64,000 nucleotides of DNA from positions 44,020,001-44,084,000 of the forward strand of contig OZ024749.1 of the NCBI GenBank assembly GCA_964016885.1, written 5' to 3'. The notes beneath the pieces were generated by a model. That model was not told where the DNA came from and searched no databases. It saw only the letters and a program-made list of their open reading frames with translations. Positions 1 to 8,770 of this stretch are shown here, piece after piece. Made by a program: the position numbers and the translations under genes. How positions within the stretch are numbered: the stretch's first letter is position 1; each line of letters opens with the position of its first letter. This stretch comes from Eledone cirrhosa. Lineage: Eukaryota.

Positions 1-54
1 AAATTATTTAGCCTGATAGTGGGGTTAAGAACCCTCGGAGAAATGGAAAAAGAT

Positions 55-125
55 GATGTGTTGGTGTAATGATAGCACAGTGGTCTGGATAACCGCAGAT
101 GTGGGTTCGACTCCCATGTACGTCA
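55..125 (+). mobile_element. tRNA-like cloverleaf (pseudo-tRNA / tRNA-derived SINE head) enclosed by a 56-bp inverted repeat (1-56 / 130-185)
   Basis: A box TGGTGTAATGATAG and B box GGTTCGACTCC. Acceptor GATGTGT/GTACGTC, anticodon arm GTGGT-CTGGATA-ACCGC, T arm GTGGG/CCCAT. U at position 37 and a GGA anticodon with a short variable loop argue against a functional tRNA. A related copy lies on the minus strand at ~26572-26645. Confidence 0.7.
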
Positions 126-800
126 ATACTCATCTTTTTCCATTTCTCCGAGGGTTCTTAACCCCACTATCAGGCTAAATAATTTCTTTAGTCAAAATAC
201 GGCGATAGCATATATTTCTAATTTCAAACTCGCTCGCTGTTTCGAAAACATTCTTACCTATATATATATACACACAAAAACTCCAACAAACTAATCAAAT
301 TGAAGCAATTAAATATTGAATTTTTTTAAAATCCAGCGATTCAGCTCTGCGGCGTCTGGGGCGAAAACCACACTATTCGGCAACTAGCTTGAAATCAACA
401 ATATCCCTACATCTCTTTGCCAGGCACTTAGCATACATTTTACCAGGGAGGCTTAACAAGGAGAGCCCTCTTTAATTGGAGAAAGCTGTCTTGTCTCTCT
501 TTTTGATAATTGAGATTATCACTCCCGATTGCCATTGCTAAGGAGCCTTTCCAGAGAAGCAGGGTTCCTGGCACACTTAAGTAAGCCAGAAATACTTCCT
601 CTATTTTAGGCTTTTAACATCTCAGGTCGAAATTCATACTCCCCAGATGCCTTACTACATTTGAGCTCTTTAATTGCTCTTGTGACTTCAACCTCCAAGA
701 GGACAGTCATCGCTCCCAGTATGAGTCTAATTACCCTTACCGGGTACCAAATAACCATACTTAAGATATAAATATTTAAGTGGATAAAATATATACTTAC

Positions 801-1783
801 TGAGGTCTTCTTAAATGGGTAGAGTTTGAATAGCGAGGCATAAATTCAACAACAGGAGCTGTTGCACTGACAATCCACTTATTTGTTCGTCCACAATCAA
901 AGTAAGGATCAGTGAAGACAACAGGAAGATACATTTGTTCTAGACTCCCTGGTTGAGGAGGACCAAAGAAAGACGAAACTTGGAAACCATCAGTGACAAA
1001 TTCACCTGTCTTCTCCGATCTTCGAACACCAACATTATAGGTATACTTCCTAAGAGTGTCCAAGTTATTGTTCAAATCAGGTAACCATTTACTGTACCAA
1101 GGGCTGTGTTTATAGGCTGGATTGCTGTAGTTGTGACTACGGCCTGCTCCATAATCGTGAATGTCAATTGTATTGTTTGTGGGTTCCCGCAACCAATTTG
1201 TGGGTTCGTTGTAGTCATCTACCCGCCAAGCTTTAGGGCCAAAGAGAGGCAGAGTATCGTTCAATCTCATCGTAGTGTACCAATTAGGGTATGAACAGTT
1301 GTTGTCAAAAAACAGTCCACTGCCGTTTATCATACTAATTCCAGCAGACACATCGGCGGCCAGAGAGAAGTAAATATACTCAAACCCTGGTTGTTTTATT
1401 AGGGCTTCGCTCTTGTTAAGTTCCTGATAGATATAACTGAAATAAAATGCCCGGTTAAGAGCCAAGTTGTGAGCGTGCAAAAGACTAGATCTGTTCGTGT
1501 AATAAACGGTAGAGAGGAAAGTATTATAACGAGGTATTTGAGATACAACGCCTTTCAGAAGGTTGGTGTCTAAACGAAGGTCTGTATAATGTTTCGAACG
1601 ACAATTATCTCCTGTTACCGCTGTAAACTTTTCCATTATCTCATCAAAGTTATCCTTAGGAGAAAGTTCAAAAGGTTGAGCGTCAATTAAAGGACCATTC
1701 CAAGAAAGTAAATATGCGAATGTGCAAACAAATATTATAAATATTGTGTTGAGGCCGCCACTATAACTCGGCCTCAGCTCCAT
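801..1783 (-). CDS. First coding exon of a signal-peptide protein with a GPR158/GPR179-like extracellular domain; gene continues leftward, probably beyond the window
   Basis: 983-nt open frame with a hydrophobic N-terminus (IFIIFVCTFAYLLSW) and the motif FTDPYFDCGRTNKWIVS, typical of GPR158-family ectodomains. It ends at a canonical donor CA|GTAAGT (GT at 800-799), so the stop in the ORF track is intronic. Confidence 0.7.
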
Positions 1784-2294
1784 TTTTTTTCTGCTCCTCT
1801 TTCTTATTTTTATGTAGAAAGATTTATCACAAATAACGTTGAATAAACAGTATTTACATAGATGATATATAAAACACCTTCATTAGAACATACCTTCAAC
1901 CACCTGTAGCATATTCAAAATGGCTTCTGATAATTAAAAAAAAAAGGTAATAAAAAAAATTAAAACAATAACAATGTCACCAACCGTCTAACAACAGGTA
2001 AAAAATTACCTACAAATTCAGTGACAGTAAATGAAATAATTATATATATATTTATATATAAGTCCCTTTACATTTACCAAACTTCCTTAGTTACTTCTTC
2101 TAACTCCCGGTTTGTTTTAAAAAAAAGTTAACAGGAGTAATATTTCTGTTCGGCCCGAGACTAAGTTGAATATATGACACACTTCTTTCTTACCTGAAAC
2201 TGCGAACCAACAGGTAAAAATATAGATTAATGACCAACAACAGGAAGTATAAATATTCCCCCTCCTCTTTCTATCCACATTCTACACAAATTTC

Positions 2295-2351
<57 letters not shown>

Positions 2352-2451
2352 AGAAGTTCTATTTAAATTGTTGGGATACAACAAGCAAATATTTTTATAA
2401 CTGATATAAAGCACTCAACAAATTATTGGAGTAAAAATACGATATATTAAC

Positions 2452-2476
2452 AATAAATAACATTACTTTTTTTAAA

Positions 2477-2513
<37 letters not shown>

Positions 2514-2677
2514 ATAAATACATATATATAGATAGATATATAATAAATACATATATATATATATATATATATATAATAAATATATATATATATATGTGTG
2601 TGTGTGTGTTTAAAAAAAAGTAATGTTATTTAAAATAAAATATATAAATAACATTACTTTTTTTTAAAACACACACA

Positions 2678-2722
<45 letters not shown>

Positions 2723-2745
2723 TTTAAAAAAAAGTAGTTATTTAT
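2452..2745. repeat. Two tandem palindromic units built around (CA)n/(TA)n/(TG)n microsatellites
   Basis: aaataacattacttttttt-aaaacacaca...tgtgtgtttaaaaaaaagtaatgttattt occurs twice (~2455-2630 and ~2646-2742). Confidence 0.75.
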
Positions 2746-3294
2746 TTTCTTTTGTAACACAAACTCATACATATGTATCCCAAAATATAGGAAACTCGAT
2801 CTTCTTTCATAAAAAAAAAATGTTTAATCTCTTACACATACACACATATATATTGTTATACATATATTGTTATATATATCATATACATATAAAACATGGT
2901 TGATTTGATTTCTAAAGAGATTACAAAGTTTCCTGGTACTGGAAACCTAGTTTATATATATATATATATATATAACAATAAGAAAAATGAAATACGACGA
3001 ATAAAAATACGAAGAGAGGGTGAAAGAGTGCAAATTACGAAAAAAAAAGTTTTTAAAAGGCGAACTGTATTTTATTATCAACAAATATACAAACATATAA
3101 AAAATAAAGCATGTGTAAATAGAACGCATCGTATTTTTATCTAAAATCTCTTCTTTATTTCACCATTCAGGCGTGAAATAACTGTCACTTATAAAAGAAA
3201 GAAAACATTCAGAATATATGTCTAATAATATATATATATTTTAAAACTTCCATGTAAGGTAAACTATCAATGTTATATATCACTGAAGTATATA

Positions 3295-3725
3295 TTGTTG
3301 TTAGGGCGTTTCTGGCATTACCTATCCAACAGGACTCTACTCAGCAACACGATCAATCAGTTCAGAGACGCACTGGTCATATACTGGGAGGTGTCAGCAA
3401 AGCTTGGCCTTCAGGTAAGCTGGGCAAAGGCAGAGCTGATGCATGTCGGCAATGGCACTAATCCGGATCCTCCTCCGCTTCACATTGGCCCTGACGTCGT
3501 GGAGTTTGTCAGCTCCTTCATTTACCTCCAACAATGGAGACCTGACCCTGGAGATCAACTTCAGATTGACCTGGCTGCTGGGATCATGCGCTCCCTATGG
3601 AAACCCCTTTGGTTCCATTGCTCAATCTCCCAGAAGACGAAGCTTTGTATTTACAATGCAGCGCTCCTCTCCGTTTTCCTCGATGGAGCAGAAATGTGAC
3701 CCCTCACAAAGACCCTGGCAAAGAG
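3295..3725 (+). mobile_element. Decayed RTE-clade LINE reverse-transcriptase C-terminal fragment
   Basis: Translation includes SAKLGLQVSWAKAELM, VEFVSSFIYL and ISQKTKLCIYNAALLSVFLDGAE, typical of the RTE ORF2 thumb region; frameshifted. Confidence 0.75.
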
Positions 3726-3837
3726 GGCACGGGTGGATCTCGTTGGCTCTATGCATGGTGATGTTTGGGGATCATTGGCTTAGAATAAACCTGGCCTCAT
3801 CAAGCAAGAGCGAGAGAAGAAGTGTATGTTAGCATTA

Positions 3838-4030
3838 GATGGATTGGCAGTATTGGTAGAGGGTCGGATGCCATGCTTTGACGCATTGAGTTACAGCCCT
3901 TGCCATTCTAAGTTCAAATCCCCTGCGGAGGTTAACTTTGCCTCTCATCCTTACTGAGTCGATAAAATAAAGTACCAGTAATGCACTGGGTAATTGCTGG
4001 CCTTGTGCCTAAAGTAGAAACAATTATTAA
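3838..4030 (+). mobile_element. tRNA-derived SINE with a Nin/Deu-like central domain (abundant family)
   Basis: ggattggcagtat(c/t)ggtagag...gttcaaatcc...ctttgcct(t)tcatccttac...gtcgataaaataaagtaccag. Similar copies at ~5665, 6255, 15000(-), 17260(-), 18690(-), 23185(-), 23575(-), 29290-29965, 37072, 48800(-), 49330 and 62910-63190(-). Confidence 0.8.
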
Positions 4031-4237
4031 CTCTTTCAAGGGCGGTGGATTGTATAACATCATGTTAACTGCTCTTTGTCTCCATCTCTCACCTTCTCTT
4101 TCTCCTCCTCTCACTTTCCCTTTCTTTCTTCAAACTTTCAGAGACTATTCACTTCCTCAGCCTCTGTTGACCTAAATATGTATATTAGCCACAGTATACA
4201 CCATCAACTGTTTTACATCAGTTCTAGTTGGTTAATA

Positions 4238-4442
4238 GATTAACTTTCTCATTATTAACTTGGTCTAACTAACTTTCTTTTTATTGAATTGGTCTAACTT
4301 TCTAATTATTAAAATGGTCTTACTTTCTCATTATTAGATTGGTCTTACTAACTTTTTGATTAACAAATTGGTCTAATTTTCTCATTATTAAACTGGGCTT
4401 ACTAACTTTCTCATTATTAAGTTAGTGACACTAATTTTCTCA
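4238..4442. repeat. Degenerate ~27-31 bp minisatellite
   Basis: Unit aactttctcattattaa(a/c)ttggtctaact repeated about 7 times. Confidence 0.8.
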
Positions 4443-4836
4443 TCAAGCTGCTGTTTCTAACCAAACTATTTCCATTATATTGTGCATCTATGTAGAGGAG
4501 TTGCTGTCATATTGAGGTGAAATATTCACCAGTTTTCAAAATATTGTTAAATGTGGTTAGTGACTCAATGCTTTATAATGTTTTCTTTATTAACTACAAA
4601 GGTTGATTAATGCTTTATAATGGACTTCAATAGAGGTATTCAATTGTAAAGAGATCAGTGACATCCTACTCACTCGAATGTCATTTATAATGTCATGATA
4701 ATTGTACTATCTAAGACACACAAATATGAATAAACAATGTGTTTATGTGTGTATTGTGAGTGTGCATGTATGCACTCATGTGTTGGTATTTTAATTATTA
4801 CACTACATATACATACATATATATGTATATGAATAG

Positions 4837-4882
<46 letters not shown>

Positions 4883-4886
4883 TATG

Positions 4887-4926
<40 letters not shown>

Positions 4927-5269
4927 CCAATTGACCCTCTCAAAGGCGATGACACAGGACAATGCAGAAGACCCAACTTCCCACAGGTACAAGCCGAAGC
5001 TGAAGCATATAGACAATATGCCCCCCACCCCTTCCCACTGTAAAGTGGTCGTGTAGGTGTCACGACAAAAATCACCCGGTACTCACTGTATATGAGGTTG
5101 GTGTTAGGAAGGGCATCCAGCTGTAGAAATCAAGCCAAAATCAGTTCTGTATGAGCAAGACATGGTCACCTGACCTGACATTGTACACAGCAGGACAACT
5201 CGTCTAACCCACGCTAGTGTGGAAGAATGGACGTAAAAAGGTGATGTTGATGATAAGACTGGAAGAGTA

Positions 5270-5610
5270 ATGATGAAGGAATGTGACAAGTGAAGAGATG
5301 TCATGCTGAGATGGACCTGTCCAACCCATGCAAGTATGGAAAAGCAGAGCTTGGATGAGCTGAGGGAGAAACTGGGTTTAAGAGGAATCCAAAGCAGTGT
5401 GCAAGAGAGAAGAATGTTAATATGGACATATAATGTGAATGGATGAAGAAATGCCAGGAAATCCCAGTAAAAAGAAGCCACAGTAGAGGTAGATAAAGTA
5501 AAACCTGGGCAGAGGTGGTGAGAGCTGACCTTAAATCGCTGAAACTCACAGAGGAGATAACAAAGGAACGCGACGAGTAGAGAGATAGTTGTCAAACCCA
5601 TGCCAGCGTG
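5270..5610 (+). mobile_element. RTE-type LINE 3' fragment
   Basis: Matches the 3' ends at 21373-21770(-), 24960-25300(-) and 61580-61750(-), which encode ...[10 protein letters not shown]...[10 protein letters not shown]. Confidence 0.7.
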
Positions 5611-5773
5611 AAAAAAACGGACGGGATGATGGTGATGTCGATGATATATGTGTATGTAGTAGGGTGGCCAATTGACAGAGTTGTTAGAATGTCTTGATAA
5701 AATGCTCTGTTGTATTCATTCCAGTTCTGTGCATTCTAAATTGAACTTTACCTTTCACCCTTATGGGGTAGAT

Positions 5774-5872
5774 CAGTGGTTCCCAAAGTGGGTTCTGTAT
5801 TACTATTTGGGGTTCCTCCAAAAGTGCTTAAACCAAAAAGGGTTCTGCATTTGAAAAGGTTTGGGAAACCTG
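5774..5872. mobile_element. Short hAT-like MITE inserted in a SINE
   Basis: Ends cagtggttcccaaa...tttgggaaacctg; it splits the SINE motif ggggt(c/a)gat|aaaataaa. Confidence 0.55.
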
Positions 5873-6849
5873 GAATAGATAAAAAAATAAATTCAGTACT
5901 GAGGTCGATTCTTCTACATCTATCACTCTCTTCCTTTGGAATAAATCGGCTGTGTTCAGATAGCCTCCGCCGTATTTAAAATATGCCCAAGGCCACTACA
6001 ACGCTATTAGCTGTCAGTCGAAGCAGCCAATGAAAGCAAAACATTGTTGCTGTTGTAGAATCTCATCTTTGTTTTGAGGGTGAACTTCCTGCTCTTCCAG
6101 ATCTTGACAAGCTGGTTAAATGCTGCTGAAGCCTTTCCCATTCTACATTGCAATTCACTGTCCATGGCGCCCCATTGTCAATGGAGCTTCCTAGGTAGGT
6201 GAAGTTGTCCACTATCTCTCCCCCCCCCCCTGTTCAATGAAAACACAATTTCATCTTTACAGGGTCGATAAAATAAAGTACCAGTAATATATTGGGTTAT
6301 TGCTGGCCTTGTGCCAAAGGTAGAAACAATTATTTATTACAACAATATTGGACTGACAGAGTCGGTAGAGCGTCAGACAAAATACTTTCTGGTATTTGTT
6401 CCAGCTCTTTAGAAGTTCTGAGTTCAAATCCTACCAATGACAACTTTACCTTTAATCTTTCCAAGGTTGATGAAATACAGTACCAGTCATGTACTGAGGT
6501 TGATTTAATCAACTTTCCCCATTTCTTAAAATTGCTGACCTTATATTATAAACAAAAATACTCTGAAGAAAGCATGAATTTAGCTAACTTATTTTTCTTA
6601 CTCAATTTCTTTTGGCTTCGAAACTTATCTGAAGTTGCGTCAATGTTTGCTGGGGCAAAGTGATGATTTTAGAGCGCATAAGATCCAGTCAAGATAAGCT
6701 TTATAGGAGGTATTCTGATAGTGGGAGATCCTTCGTTTTGGTAGATTTCCGCAGCTTTTATACTGACAGATGCACGTTTTCGTCGTCGCCAAATAAGGTT
6801 TATAGTTACAAAAATAATAAAAACAATTGTAACCATAATAATAATAATT

Positions 6850-7400
6850 GAAGCGAACGTAGTTGCTGACGTAGAAGCTAACGTAAACGCTGACGTAGAA
6901 GCTAACAAAACGCTGACGTAGTTGTTACGTAGAAGCAGGCGTAGAAGTTAGCGTTTACCCTTACCGCCGAAGCTGATCTCCAAAACGCAATTGCTGATGC
7001 GAATTGCTGAAGCCAAAGCCAAGCTAACGCTGACGCAAATGTTGAGGCAGTTTTGCCGGCGCTGACGTGTATGCTGACGCTAATGCAAATGCTGATGCGG
7101 ACGCTAGGGCTAAGGCTAACGCTAACGCTGACGCAAATGCTGAAGTTAACGCTTACATGGGATATGCAGACGCTGCAATGATGCGGACGCCACAGGAAAG
7201 GTTAATGGAAACGCTAATGCTAACGGAAAACGCTGACGTAGACGTTACGGAAATGCTGACGTAGAAGCAAACGTAAACGCAGACACAGACGCTAACGTAA
7301 ACACTGACGCTGATGTAGATGTAAATACTGAAGCTGACACAGACGCGGTCGGAAATGCTGACGTAGAAGCTAACGGAAAGACTGACATAGAAGCTAACAC
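6850..7400 (+). repeat. CpG-rich hexamer-periodic repeat reading as (Ala/Val-X)n; interrupted by frameshifts
   Basis: gctgacgtagaagctaacgtaaac-type units translating as EANVVADVEANVNADVEAN and ADANANADADARAKANANADANAEV. Confidence 0.7.
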
Positions 7401-7880
7401 ACATTATCAATGAATATGACATGGGAATCTATCGTTTACAATAGGTTTCCATTTCATAACTTCACCAAACCAAACTACACCATACCAAGTTACACCATAC
7501 TACATTACACCAAACTATTGATCTTGGTGTGAAAATTTTTTTTCCCGTTTCCTTTTTTTTTTATCTGTGTGTTTACTACCCAATCTGACATTAAAGGTGC
7601 TCCCAATTTACTTTTTTTTTTTCACATATCAATAATTATGACATGGAAACCTGTCGAAAATGACTATCTTTGTCGAAACTTCACCAAACCATACCATAGT
7701 ACATCACACCAAGCTATTGATTTTGGTGTGACAAATTTTCATTTGGCATTTTTTTTTTTTTTTTTTGTGCTTACAATCCAATTTGACATAAATGGTGTTC
7801 GCAAATTACTATTTTATGCACATATTATCAATGGTTATGACATGGAAATCTGATGAAAATGACTAGCTTTGTAGAAAAAA
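7399..7880. repeat. ~210-bp tandem duplication (about 2.3 copies)
   Basis: cac(at)attatcaat..tatgacatgg(g/a)aa(t/c)ct recurs at ~7399, ~7623 and ~7819, with shared cttcaccaaacca...ctattga...ggtgtga internal blocks. Confidence 0.75.
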
Positions 7881-7945
7881 GAGGGAGGATGTGGGTGGAA
7901 ATACCATTTACAAAGCTAGCCATTTTTTATTGCAGCGGAATTTTT

Positions 7946-7997
7946 AGTTTCAGAAGATCCCATTAAGGGTGAAAGCAGCCGATTCTTTGCTTAAACT
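7946..7997 (+). ncRNA. Type I hammerhead ribozyme motif with one core substitution (CAGAAGA for CUGAnGA)
   Basis: Stem I AGTTT/AAACT; core CAGAAGA; stem II T-CCC-ATTAA-GGG-T; GAAA; stem III AGCA/TGCT; cleavage triplet CUU (after 7992). Confidence 0.6.
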
Positions 7998-8105
7998 TTA
8001 ATCTGTTATTTTAATAAATATTTGCTCTACGGTTCTTATATAATTGATATATATATTTATCCCTATCGAGCCCTCTTTGGATTTTAGTCTTCATATGTAT
8101 TATTA

Positions 8106-8140
<35 letters not shown>

Positions 8141-8144
<4 letters not shown>

Positions 8145-8267
8145 TTAATATAGAAGAGATTCTACAGGACTAGAACTGTTTCATTCAATAGAAATCATCA
8201 GGATTCCTGATGATTTCTATTGAATGAAACAGTTCTAGTCCTGTAGAATCTCTTCTATATTAAAACT
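8141..8267. repeat. Perfect 127-bp palindrome (63-bp arms, 1-nt centre at 8204) between (TA)n tracts
   Basis: agttttaata...catcagga T tcctgatg...tattaaaact; the arms are exact reverse complements. Confidence 0.95.
8201..8251 (+). ncRNA. Type I hammerhead ribozyme motif, catalytic core intact
   Basis: Stem I GGATTC/GAATCT; CTGATGA at 8207-8213; stem II T-TTC-TATT-GAA-T; GAAA at 8226-8229; stem III ACAG/CTGT; cleavage triplet GUA (after 8245). Confidence 0.7.
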
Positions 8268-8333
8268 GTTATACTCTGCTATGTATTGAGTACCTTACTT
8301 ACTGTGGTTACCTCCGATTCAACCCGGAATAAC

Positions 8334-8407
<74 letters not shown>

Positions 8408-8459
8408 ATATTAGTTTATATCTATATGTGTGTATATATATACATACATACATACATAT

Positions 8460-8770
8460 TGAGAGCATTGGCCTTGCAATCGAAAGGTTGTGAGTTCAAT
8501 TCTCACACCGGGTGATGTGTTGTTTCCTTGAGCAAGACACTTTATTTTACATTGCTCCAGTTTACTCAGCTGTAGAAATGAGATGATAGGACTGGGGTCC
8601 CTATCATTCCACTGCAAAGTGGTCGTGGAGGTGCCACGGCAAAAAAAAAAAAAACACCCAGCACTCACTGTAAATGAGGTTGGTGTTAGGAAGGGCATCC
8701 AGCCAGAATCAGTTCCTGTATGAGCAAGACAAGGTCAGCGGACCGGACACTGCCCACAACAGGACAACCC
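8460..8770 (+). mobile_element. tRNA-derived CORE-like SINE with an RTE-like tail, truncated by the adjacent LINE
   Basis: Near-identical to the fuller copy at 19622-20045: gtgagttcaattctc...ccttgagcaagacacttta...ggtgttaggaagggcatccag. Confidence 0.8.

Noticed and set aside
55-125. Functional tRNA-Ser(GGA)
   Set aside because: No long variable arm, pyrimidine at position 37, many G-U pairs, and the related copy at 26572-26645 has a different anticodon loop; it behaves as a repeat head.
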